Below the pieces are notes generated by a model. The model did not search any database and was not told the origin of the DNA. It saw only the letters and a program-made list of their open reading frames with translations. 64,000 nt of DNA from Alphaproteobacteria bacterium. Lineage in GTDB: Bacteria > Pseudomonadota > Alphaproteobacteria > Micavibrionales > UBA2020. The DNA lies in assembly GCA_030682495.1 (NCBI GenBank), contig JAUXOC010000057.1:8170-72169 (forward strand). Direction: 5' to 3'. Positions 40,079 through 48,680 of this stretch are shown piece by piece. Every line of letters begins with the position of its first letter. Positions within the stretch are counted from its first letter, which is position 1. A program made the position numbers and the translations under genes.

Positions 40079-40750
40079 TTACGCAGCGATGCCCATCACC
40101 ACACTATTCCATGCAGTTCGATGCTCATGGGCTATTGCTTTATCATTCTGCAAAAGTTCCACATAAGCAGGGAATATTAAGCTAGGGTCATTTAGAAGGC
40201 GGAGATAGTATCTGATTGACGGCATAACGCCGTTAGCAATAACTTGGCAGTCATATACAGCCTTAATGTTTTCGATAACTTTTCGCGCACCTTCATCTGG
40301 CTCACAATTTTGGTGCGTCGTTAGGATGTAATAGCGTGATATCGATTTATCCATCACTTTAAGCTGAACATCCGCTGCAATTGCCTCTGTGATTGACAAA
40401 TTGTGTTTGACTTCAACAGCTTCGAAAATTCCTTCCAATGTATCATCAGATACCTCGATATCGCCAATAGACCCTGTTTGAGAATCAGCAGCTGAATGCT
40501 CATTAAGAGGCTTTACGGTTTTTCCGTCATACCTGCGAAGCTCCGGCACCATAACGCTATAAATAGCATGGAGTGCCAGAACGGGAAGCCTTGATGCTCC
40601 TTTCGCCCCTTTATATGATCGGAAAAAGTGCTGATGGAAGATCTCAACTATTGTTCCGATATCATGGGTTTTTGGTATCGAAAGTGTGATCCGAACCTCT
40701 TCGCGCCGATCATAGCAACGGGCTTCAGCCATGTATGCACGGATGTCCAC
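40079..40750 (-). pseudogene. Probably N-terminally truncated PD-(D/E)XK restriction-endonuclease-like gene
   Basis: GDIEV..FEAVEVKH motif; GASRLPVLA; RYYILTT. The first ~13 codons are antisense to the 5' end of the neighbouring recombinase. Confidence 0.55.
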
Positions 40751-41396
40751 GGATCATCAGAAGTATTCGACCGAAAATCAGGCCGATGCTATTCGGGAAT
40801 ATGCCGTGCGCCGAAACATGGAGACCGTCAGGACTTATACCGATGCGGGGAAAAGCGGCCTTAAACTCGACGGCCGCGATGCCTTAAAGCAGCTCATCTC
40901 AGACGTGCAGTCCGTTGCGGCGGAATTCTCGGCCATACTCGTACTGGACGTAACCCGCTGGGGTCGGGATTTCCGCTATATTGAGATCAACCGGCAACTT
41001 CGCAAGCTTTACCCCGAAATCGTCGAGGGGGCGATCCGACGCATTCAGGAGATGGGCGGCGTTATCCGCAGAGAGGTGACCAATGACCTTATAGTCCTGA
41101 ATGAAGAGATTAAAGTTTCGGTCGTTATCTGCAGATGTGTTCAAACCGCGGCTGGCTCGAACAGGTGGAAATTGCATCTGGATACAGGGCTTCTGCCGGA
41201 CATTACGATCGTCATCAGGATGGACGAGAATACCGTCGCCCCGCTTGATTATTATTTACTGCCCGCTATCGACATCGAAAACCCGAAAATCCGACTTACC
41301 GACAATAACCATCTGGCTCTTGAAGCTTACCGGTTCGAAGATTTGGAGCCCTTTTTCATGCTGATAGAGCGCACAGAAGTACCGGAGGCCGCATGA
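40731..41396 (+). pseudogene. Serine recombinase with an in-frame internal deletion
   Basis: YARMSTDHQKYSTENQ..YTDAGKSGL..LDVTRWGR joins directly (about 40967) to the C-terminal DFRYIEINRQLR..LPDITIVIRMD..DYYLLP; the central part is missing. Confidence 0.75.
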
Positions 41397-41845
41397 AGAA
41401 AGAAAATACCTCCAAGGTTACGATGATTGAAATAGATCGAATAAATATCCTGAACCCGCGTGTCAGGAACAAGAAAGCCTTTAATCAAATTGTCGATAAT
41501 ATTGCCCAAGTCGGCTTGAAACGGCCGATAACCGTTACGCCCTGCCTATCCGGCACAACAGGAAAGGAGTATGATCTGGTCTGCGGCCAGGGTCGCCTCG
41601 AGGCTTTTCTCTCATGCGGACAAAGGCCCGAAAAGAAAGAGCACCTGCAGCAGAAACGCGACATTCAACTGGGGTTTGACGCAGAAATATTGAGCCTCGA
41701 AATCGGTAAGATTATGCCCATCAAAACTATATCTGAGAGAGTGCGCGGTTCACGCCGCTACCAGCAGATCGTCGTTTCGATCAGAGAAGTCGGCATTATA
41801 GAGCCTCCCGTCGTGACGCCGTCGCCACATATGAAGGGACGATAA
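41393..41845 (+). pseudogene. Fused remnants of two ParB/RepB-like genes
   Basis: LNPRVRNK..IAQVGLKRPI..LVCGQGRLEA, then after about 41623 a second N-terminus (YQQIVVSIREVGIIEPPVV) that stops early. Confidence 0.72.
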
Positions 41846-41989
41846 CCGCCTGTTTTCACAGAGTTCCGCAAGGTTGACTTGCCTGCCCCCCTTCCCTACA
41901 CTTTGGCGGTATTCAGGATTTTCAATTATTTACTATTTTCCGAGGCGCAGCGTATCGTCTCCCCTTCCAAAAAGCAGGAGCACATAAAT

Positions 41990-42808
41990 ATGTTTGGCAA
42001 GAAAAACAGCAAAGACACTGCCGCGAAACCCGAAGCCGCCGCAAACGAAAACGGTGCTGCCGCTTCTGCCCCGCCCGCCGAAGAAAAAGGGTTCAAGGAC
42101 AGACCGCGCCCCGTATCGATCTTCCGCGCCGAAGCCGCCAAAACCACGGCCGCAAAGCAGGACACCGCTGAAAAGCGTGCTGTGGTCGATACGCAGCTGA
42201 AAGGCCTGCTCGACAAATACACCCCCACGCTGGAGGCGCACGACAAGCAGCTGACCGCTGCGGGTGACGCGCGCATCAAAGTCCGCCGCGAAACGGTTGA
42301 GGGTTTGACGCAGGAAGTCGGCACGTCAAAGCAGCTGATCGCCGAGCTGGAAAAAAGACTGCAGGAAGAACGCGCCAAACTGGCACGCTCCGAAAACAGC
42401 CTTTACACCGCCAGCCGCGAGTTGAAAGACGAAAGCGGCAAAATTGCCAAAGAACACAAAGCCGCCATGAAAGCGAAAAAACAGGAACTGGGCGGAAAAA
42501 TTTCGACCGCGCGCAAAGAACGCAGCGCTGTTTACAGCGCCACAGGCGAGAAAATGCGCAGCGAACGCTGGCATACCTTTGCCCGCACGACCAAGGAAGG
42601 GCTGGCCGTGGTGCCTGACCTCACCATGCGGTTCCTGAAAGCCGCCGGACGCGGCATCAGCGAAATGAAAGCCGTCTTCGGACGTTCAGCCCGAAGCGCG
42701 AAGAAGGGCTTTGACGAGCCGACACTGTTCAGCATCCGCCGCGAAGAGCCGGTGACGCCACCGAAAAAAGAAGCGAAGCCCAAGCCGCCCAAAGCGCCGC
42801 AGCCCTAA
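41990..42808 (+). CDS. Hypothetical coiled-coil protein with a Lys/Pro tail
   Basis: AGGAG RBS; upstream TTGACT-17-TACACT; host-like codons; long heptad region; ends KKEAKPKPPKAPQP. Confidence 0.8.
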   Translation: MFGKKNSKDTAAKPEAAANENGAAASAPPAEEKGFKDRPRPVSIFRAEAAKTTAAKQDTAEKRAVVDTQLKGLLDKYTPTLEAHDKQLTAAGDARIKVRRETVEGLTQEVGTSKQLIAELEKRLQEERAKLARSENSLYTASRELKDESGKIAKEHKAAMKAKKQELGGKISTARKERSAVYSATGEKMRSERWHTFARTTKEGLAVVPDLTMRFLKAAGRGISEMKAVFGRSARSAKKGFDEPTLFSIRREEPVTPPKKEAKPKPPKAPQP

Positions 42809-42830
42809 GCGCGTCGGCACGGAACAAACA

Positions 42831-42862
42831 AAAAGGCCGCCTGCATCTGCGGGCGGCCTTTT
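42831..42862. terminator. Bidirectional rho-independent terminator
   Basis: AAAAGGCCGCCTGCA-TC-TGCGGGCGGCCTTTT. Confidence 0.85.
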
Positions 42863-42898
42863 GCTTGGGTAAGATATTCTTCTCGCCTTACCTTTGAT

Positions 42899-43459
42899 TT
42901 AGCGTCTGACTTTGGAAACCTTGGTTCCCTCAAGGCTCAGCCCTGCCATCAGGCCTTGCTGGCCAAAGATAAAGGCATAGGCATCATCTTGCAGCGTCGA
43001 GCTGGACAGGTTCTTGGCGACGCCTTCATCGACCAGAACAACGGTCGGGCCCACACCGATTTCCCAACCTTGCGAGTCATGCAATGTTTCCAGCGCCTTG
43101 TCTGTCATCAGGAAGACGGCGTAGGCGTAAGATTGCGCACCCGCCTGCAAACCCCATGAACCGCCGACGGAATTGTAATAGTCTTCGACTTTTCCGTTCT
43201 TAATCAGCTGGCCTTCGCCATAGCTGCCGCCAAAGACAAGACCGGCCTTGACGATATTCGGGAAGATAAGGATGGCTTTGGCAGTGCCGGAAAGTTTTTT
43301 CGCAAGCGGGTTGCTATCGTAAAGACTTTGCAAAGCCTGGGCTGACTCTTTATCCAGCTCTTCCGCCGTCGCAGCCTGAGCCTGATGCGTCACACCCGGA
43401 TGGATAAACGATGCCATGACAAGCATAAGGGTTAGAAAAAACATACGAATATTTGACAT
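42899..43459 (-). CDS. Ysc84/SYLF lipid-binding exported protein
   Basis: Signal peptide; ILIFPNIVKAGLVFGGSYGEG; SWGLQAGAQ; GLMAGLSLEGTK. Confidence 0.88.
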   Translation of the reverse strand: MSNIRMFFLTLMLVMASFIHPGVTHQAQAATAEELDKESAQALQSLYDSNPLAKKLSGTAKAILIFPNIVKAGLVFGGSYGEGQLIKNGKVEDYYNSVGGSWGLQAGAQSYAYAVFLMTDKALETLHDSQGWEIGVGPTVVLVDEGVAKNLSSSTLQDDAYAFIFGQQGLMAGLSLEGTKVSKVRR

Positions 43460-43486
43460 TTCAATCTCCTGAAAAAAAATCATTGG

Positions 43487-43520
43487 AAAGTCCGGCCCCC
43501 CAAAAGGCGCCGGACTTTTT
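43487..43520 (-). terminator. Probable terminator after the CsbD gene
   Basis: AAAGTCCGGC-loop-GCCGGACTTT inverted repeat. Confidence 0.55.
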
Positions 43521-43534
43521 CTTGTGTGAAGCGG

Positions 43535-43705
43535 TTATTTTTTAGCGGTATCCTTCAGACCCCCAAGGGCGTTTTGAATTTTACCCTCGAGTTTCTGGGC
43601 TTTGCCTTCTGCTTTCAGCTTGGCATCGCCTGTCAGTTTTCCGGCAGTCTCTTTGATCGTTCCCGCCACTTGCTTGGCAGAACCTTTGATGCGGTCTTTA
43701 TGCAT
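43535..43705 (-). CDS. csbD: CsbD-family stress protein (absent from the ORF track)
   Basis: Manual translation MHKDRIKGSAKQVAGTIKETAGKLTGDAKLKAEGKAQKLEGKIQNALGGLKDTAKK; AGGA RBS. Confidence 0.92.
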   Translation of the reverse strand: MHKDRIKGSAKQVAGTIKETAGKLTGDAKLKAEGKAQKLEGKIQNALGGLKDTAKK

Positions 43706-43727
43706 GGGGCATTCCTTTGTTTAAGTA

Positions 43728-44174
43728 TTAGCGGTTATTATGATTTTGGCGATAATGCCTGTTGTTATAGTCACGATCGACACGGACGCCGAATTCCTGC
43801 AGCGTATGGATCGTCATACCTGTGCGGCCGGGGTAGCGTACCGTTTGGTAATCCAGAATGGCCTGTGACGTGCTACGGCCCCAGATGCCGTCAATCTTGC
43901 CACGGTAAAAACCTTCTCTGGCGAGCGACGTCTGGACTTTGCGCACATCTTCACGGCTCAGATCTTCGCCACGGATCACATAAGATTCATGTCTGGAATC
44001 TCTGTTGTCATGCTTATAGTAGCCCGCGTTATCTCTGTAATATTTGTTGTTTTGCTGATCTTCCGTCTCGCTATGTCTGTATTCGCGGTTCTGCGTGTTG
44101 CTGCCGTGCGGTGCGGCACAAGCGCCCAGAGAAACCGTGGCCGCCAGTGCCAACATTATGATTTTGCTTTTCAT
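43728..44174 (-). CDS. Lipoprotein with a peptidoglycan-binding domain
   Basis: Lipobox LGAC; VRKVQTSL..GFY.GKIDGIWG.ST..AI..YQ. Confidence 0.85.
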   Translation of the reverse strand: MKSKIIMLALAATVSLGACAAPHGSNTQNREYRHSETEDQQNNKYYRDNAGYYKHDNRDSRHESYVIRGEDLSREDVRKVQTSLAREGFYRGKIDGIWGRSTSQAILDYQTVRYPGRTGMTIHTLQEFGVRVDRDYNNRHYRQNHNNR

Positions 44175-44202
44175 CGTATGTTTTCCTTCTTTGTCTATTT
44201 AA

Positions 44203-44712
44203 TCAAGCGGCGCGGGACATAACATCTTTTGCATCGGCACCGCTGAGGATGTCTTTGACTCTTTGCGTACCGGCATCATCCTTGGATTCAACAGCGATAA
44301 GAATACCACCCTTGCGGACGGCCTCTTCATACAGCTTGGCTTCATGTTCAGGAATGCCCTGGCCGACAAGCGCGCCGAGCAGCCCGCCCGTTGCCGCACC
44401 AGCACCCAGACCGACAAGACCGCCGATCAACGCGCCGGAAACAACAAGATTCAGGCCCGGAATAAGCAGTGTACCTGCCGAGGCCAGCGCCAGACCGATT
44501 GCGCCCGCAAGGCCGCCAATCGCTGCACCTGTTGCCGCGCCATCACCGGCTTTGGAGCCTGTCTCGATACCGAAATGCTTGCCGCGTGTGTCTTCAGAAA
44601 CAAGCAGCGTAATTTCTTTTTCGCTGTAGCCTGCATGCTCGAGCTTATAAAGCGCCGAATCTGCTGCTGCACGTGTATCGAAGACAGCCGTAATGACTTT
44701 TGATTGAGACAT
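44203..44712 (-). CDS. General stress protein (YflT-like, glycine-zipper)
   Basis: TAVFD..A..L..GY..I; GAATGAAIGG..; GIPEHEAKLYEE.V.KGGIL. Confidence 0.82.
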   Translation of the reverse strand: MSQSKVITAVFDTRAAADSALYKLEHAGYSEKEITLLVSEDTRGKHFGIETGSKAGDGAATGAAIGGLAGAIGLALASAGTLLIPGLNLVVSGALIGGLVGLGAGAATGGLLGALVGQGIPEHEAKLYEEAVRKGGILIAVESKDDAGTQRVKDILSGADAKDVMSRAA

Positions 44713-45057
44713 GGTTTTTCCTTTAAAGAGTTAGGCCCTGTAAATGAGGACAAGTGGCCGTTGGTAAAGCGGTAAGAACAGATATAGCTGGCGGCAGATA
44801 AGGATGCGATGCGGGATGCCGCTGCCCGCATAAGGGCGGCGCAAGGAAGCCTTTTTTGCGATATAATCCGCCAGATATTCAGCCTGTATTTTACGCTACT
44901 GTTAAAACCTTGCCCTCGCCAAGCGACAATATGGAACATGCTTGCGGTCTTAACCGGCGCGCATGACAGCACGGCAAAAACGGCGCAAATTGTTGTTTTT
45001 ACGCGCCGTCCCGCGTAATCTGCGCGCAGCATCACACCAACCGCAAAGAGGATATTC

Positions 45058-46005
45058 ATGAAAATCGGCATCATCGGTGCAGGACAGGTCGGCGCGGCCA
45101 GTGGCTATGCCTGCGTTTTGCGGGGCGTCGGGTCACAGCTTGTGCTGGTGGACAAAAATGCTGATCTTGCGCGCGCGCAGGCGGAGGATATTTTGCATGC
45201 CACCCCTTTCGCCGCGCCTGTTCCCGTTAGCGGCGGCGGCGATTATGCCGCGCTGGAGAACGCCGGTATTGTGATGATCGCCGCCGGCGTGGCGCAGCAG
45301 CCGGGCGAAAGCAGGCTTGATCTTTTAAAGCGCAACGCCGCGGTCTTCGAAGACATCGTGCCGCGCATTCTGGATGCCGCGCCGGAGGCTATCTTGCTGA
45401 TCGCCAGCAACCCCGTCGATGTGATGACTCATATGGTCACACATATTGCGGCGCGTAGCCACGGCATAGCGCCTTCGCGCATCATCGGTTCCGGCACTAT
45501 TCTCGACACGGCGCGTTTTCGCGCGCTGCTGGCGGCGCATCTGGGAGTATCCAGCCATTCGGTGCATGCCTATGTGCTGGGCGAACATGGCGATTCAGAA
45601 GTTCTGCACTGGTCGGGCGTCAGCGTGGGCAATATGCCGCTGACGGATTGTGCCGCGCAGCTGGCCGCGCCCGTCACAGAAGACATCCGCGCGCAAATCG
45701 ACAGCGGCGTCCGCCGTGCCGCAGCGCGGATTATTGCGGGCAAAGGCGCGACATGGTTCGGCATCGGCGCCGGTATGGCACGGCTTGCGCAGGCCATTGC
45801 AGACGACGAACACGCCATTATGACCTGCAGCATGCTGACGCCGGATGTCGGGGGCGTCAAAAACGTCACCCTTTCCCTGCCGCGCACTGTATCGCGCAGC
45901 GGCATCGGGCATACGCTCCTGCCGCCCCTTGATAACTCTGAAAAACAGGCTCTGGCGGAAAGCGCTAAAATTCTGCGCGCCGCCGCGGACAGTATCGGGT
46001 TTTAA
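45058..46005 (+). CDS. ldh: L-lactate dehydrogenase
   Basis: IGIIGAGQVG; QQPGESRLDLL.RN; SNPVD; SGTILDTARF; LGEHGDS. Confidence 0.93.
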   Translation: MKIGIIGAGQVGAASGYACVLRGVGSQLVLVDKNADLARAQAEDILHATPFAAPVPVSGGGDYAALENAGIVMIAAGVAQQPGESRLDLLKRNAAVFEDIVPRILDAAPEAILLIASNPVDVMTHMVTHIAARSHGIAPSRIIGSGTILDTARFRALLAAHLGVSSHSVHAYVLGEHGDSEVLHWSGVSVGNMPLTDCAAQLAAPVTEDIRAQIDSGVRRAAARIIAGKGATWFGIGAGMARLAQAIADDEHAIMTCSMLTPDVGGVKNVTLSLPRTVSRSGIGHTLLPPLDNSEKQALAESAKILRAAADSIGF

Positions 46006-46028
46006 CGGGAACCTCTTGCCGCCGCAGG

Positions 46029-46043
46029 TGTTATAATGTAACA
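46029..46043. promoter_or_regulatory. Zur box
   Basis: TGTTATAATGTAACA differs at one position from the proteobacterial Zur core TGTTATAnTATAACA; 35 nt before the ABC operon. Confidence 0.75.
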
Positions 46044-46078
46044 ATTCAAACCTGCCCGAGAAGCGAAGGTTTTGACAG

Positions 46079-46705
46079 ATGACAGCCCTTGAACTGACCG
46101 ATATTCGCCACAGCGCCGGCGGGCGCGAAATTCTGCGCATCCCCGCGCTTTCTGTGGCGGCGGGCGGACGTTTGCTGCTGCTTGGCCCTTCGGGCTGCGG
46201 CAAGACGACGCTGCTGAACCTGATGGCAGGGCTTTTGCGCGCGGAGCAGGGCCATGTCAGCTTAAACGGGCAAGCTTACGACACCCTATCCGGCCGCGCC
46301 CTTGATGCCCTGCGGCGCAAGTATTTCGGCATCGTTTTTCAAAAACTACACCTGATCGGGCATTTGAGCGTAGAGCAGAACATCTGCCTTGCCGCCGACC
46401 ACCCCGACAAAACCTATATGCACAGCCTGACAGACCGGCTGGGCATTGCCGATAAACGCCGCAGCGCTGCCCGCAACCTGAGCCACGGCGAAGCGCAGCG
46501 CGCCGCGATTGCACGCGCACTGATGAACCGCCCCGCCATTGTGCTGGCCGATGAACCCACATCGGCGCTGGACGATGCACAGGCCGATAATGTCTCGCGT
46601 CTGCTGCTGGATGAAACCCAAACGGCTGGTGCCGCGCTGATCGTCGCCACGCATGATGCGCGTATCAAACCCCTGTTTGACACTGTGCTGGAGCTTGCGC
46701 CATGA
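46079..46705 (+). CDS. ABC transporter ATP-binding protein (LolD/ZrgB-like)
   Basis: GPSGCGKT; LSHGEAQR; LADEPTSALD; ATHD. Confidence 0.92.
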   Translation: MTALELTDIRHSAGGREILRIPALSVAAGGRLLLLGPSGCGKTTLLNLMAGLLRAEQGHVSLNGQAYDTLSGRALDALRRKYFGIVFQKLHLIGHLSVEQNICLAADHPDKTYMHSLTDRLGIADKRRSAARNLSHGEAQRAAIARALMNRPAIVLADEPTSALDDAQADNVSRLLLDETQTAGAALIVATHDARIKPLFDTVLELAP

Positions 46706-47958
46706 GTGACCTGTCCCTTGCCCTGCATGCCCTGCTGTCGCGCAAAATTGTCAGCCTGCTCTCGGTCTTGCTGACGGCTTTTGGCGTCATGATGGCGCTG
46801 GTCGTTCTGCAATTCGCCGCGGCGGCGCAGCAGCGTATCGACCGCGACGGAAAAGGGGTTGATATTGTGATCGGCGCCAAGGGCAGCCCGCTGCAACTGG
46901 TATTATCTGCACTGTATCATGCGGATATTCCGACCGGTAACATCCCTTATACCGAGGCCGAAAAATGGATGCACCATCCGCAGGTCAAACAGGCCATTCC
47001 GCTGGCGCTCGGTGATAACTGGAAAGGGTTTCGGATTGTCGGCACCACCGCCGATTATGCCGCGCATTACGGGGCAAAACCTGCGCAAGGCCAGTTGTGG
47101 GAAGCCGAATTTGAAGCTGTCGCCGGCGCGGGCACGGGGCTTGCCCTCGGACAGACATTTTCCGGCGCGCACGGGCTGGGCGCCGACGGGCACAGCCACG
47201 ATCATCAGCTCTATAAAGTTGTGGGCGTTCTGGGCCCCACGGGCAGCGTGATTGACCGGCTGATCCTGACATCGGTCAATTCGGTTCTTGCCCTGCACGG
47301 ACAGGAAACAACGCCCGCGCATGAAGAACACGGAGATCATGATGATCATCATCATCACCACCACGATGACGATGACCATGACCATGAACACCATCACGAT
47401 CATTCAGAACCCGCAAAACAGCCCGCAGAAATAACCGCGCTGCTGGTCAAGACCCGCAGCCCGCTGGCCAATATCAACCTGCCGCGCAGCATCAACCGCG
47501 ACAGCATGCTGCAAGCCGCAAACCCCGCGCTTGAAATGACGCGCCTGAGCGCTGTATTCGGGCTGGGCACGCGCAGCATGGGTTATATTTCCGCGTTTCT
47601 GATCGGCATGGCCGCGCTCAGCATTTTTGCCGGTATCGCGGGCAGCCTCGACAGCCGCAGCGGCGATCTGGCCGTGCTGCGCGCGCTGGGATACGGCCGC
47701 CACCGGTTGTTCGGCCTTTTGCTGATGGAAGGTCTGGCGCTGACGGCGGGCGGGCTTGCGCTTGGTTTTGTTATGGGTGTGGCGGGCTTTGTGCTGCTGG
47801 CGCCCGCTATTCCCGCACTTGGTGCGCAGGCGCTGCAGCCTGATATTCACTGGCTCTGGCTGGCACTGACAGTGCTGGTCGCGGGACTTGCCGCCAGCCT
47901 GCTGCCCGCGCTGCGCGCTGCACGTGCCGATCCTGCACAGCTTTTAAGCCAGAGGTAA
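46702..47958 (+). CDS. ABC permease (MacB/FtsX-type, ZrgC-like) with a His/Asp-rich loop
   Basis: IGAKGSPLQLVL..YH.D.PTGNI; PLALGD; GFRIVGT; loop HEEHGDHDDHHHHHHDDDDHDHEHHHDH; LAVLRALG. Confidence 0.9.
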   Translation: MSDLSLALHALLSRKIVSLLSVLLTAFGVMMALVVLQFAAAAQQRIDRDGKGVDIVIGAKGSPLQLVLSALYHADIPTGNIPYTEAEKWMHHPQVKQAIPLALGDNWKGFRIVGTTADYAAHYGAKPAQGQLWEAEFEAVAGAGTGLALGQTFSGAHGLGADGHSHDHQLYKVVGVLGPTGSVIDRLILTSVNSVLALHGQETTPAHEEHGDHDDHHHHHHDDDDHDHEHHHDHSEPAKQPAEITALLVKTRSPLANINLPRSINRDSMLQAANPALEMTRLSAVFGLGTRSMGYISAFLIGMAALSIFAGIAGSLDSRSGDLAVLRALGYGRHRLFGLLLMEGLALTAGGLALGFVMGVAGFVLLAPAIPALGAQALQPDIHWLWLALTVLVAGLAASLLPALRAARADPAQLLSQR

Positions 47959-47961
47959 CCC

Positions 47962-48498
47962 ATGCGCTTTTTTCGTTTTGCCTTTATCGTGATTGTGCTT
48001 GCCGCCGCACCGCAAAGCGCTGCCACGGCTTTTGAAAAAATGGAAACCTTTACGCAAACTTATACCGATGAATTTATTTTATCGAATGTTCCCGATTTCG
48101 TGGCCACGCCCGAAGGCGGCACCGACTGGCAGGTTTTTGGCCGCACCAAGCAAATCGAATACACCGAAAAAGACAAAAGCGGGTATGACCGCAGCGGCGT
48201 GCGCCCCGCATTTCAGGACGATCTTAAAAAACTCGACGGCCAGAATATCCTTGTGCGCGGGTTTATGTTTCCGATGGATCAAAACGAAGAACAATCTGTT
48301 TTCCTACTCGGCCCCTTTCCGCTGACATGTCCCTATCACTATCACGTGTCGAATAACCTGATTATCGAGACGCGCGTCAAAAAGCCCCTCGCCTTTTCCT
48401 ACGACGCGGTCACGCTGCGCGGACGGCTGGAGCTGGTGGCACGTGACGATGATTACAATACGTTTTATCGCCTGCACGATGCAGAGCTGGCGAAATAA
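47962..48498 (+). CDS. DUF3299-family (ZrgD-like) exported protein
   Basis: Signal peptide; LKKLDG..I.VRGFMFP; FLL.PFP..CP; IIE; VTLRGRL. Confidence 0.8.
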   Translation: MRFFRFAFIVIVLAAAPQSAATAFEKMETFTQTYTDEFILSNVPDFVATPEGGTDWQVFGRTKQIEYTEKDKSGYDRSGVRPAFQDDLKKLDGQNILVRGFMFPMDQNEEQSVFLLGPFPLTCPYHYHVSNNLIIETRVKKPLAFSYDAVTLRGRLELVARDDDYNTFYRLHDAELAK

Positions 48499-48530
48499 GC
48501 AGATAAAGCCGCCGTAAAAAGCATATTTTT

Positions 48531-48544
48531 TGTGCGCCGCAACA
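48531..48544. promoter_or_regulatory. PhaR/AniA-like site TGTGC-N3-GCAACA
   Basis: Preceded by a T-run, as at 30021; upstream of the hydrolase operon. Confidence 0.35.
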
Positions 48545-48680
48545 CGTAAATCCCTCATAAAGTTACAAAAAACAGCTATTATTTTTCATATCATGTTAGA
48601 CATGTCGTTGCCAATATGTTAATTTTCTGGCAACTAGAAACACTCAAATACAGGTTTTATTGTTAACGAGAGAGCGATCC

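Larger units (their letters stand above)
35371..41850. mobile_element. Decayed tRNA-Gln-associated genomic island (serine recombinase/DUF2924 plus recombinase/ParB relics)
   Basis: Starts at the tRNA 3' end; visibly AT-richer; two serine recombinases, DUF2924, ParB-like fragments and nuclease cargo. The right end is approximate and no attR was found. Confidence 0.85.

Noticed and set aside
41800-41900. attR direct repeat of the tRNA-Gln 3' end
   Set aside because: No copy of CACCCCAGCCA was seen near the right boundary, so the island end is only approximate.
43526-44161. 211-aa plus-strand ORF
   Set aside because: It is the shadow of csbD and the PG-binding lipoprotein on the minus strand.
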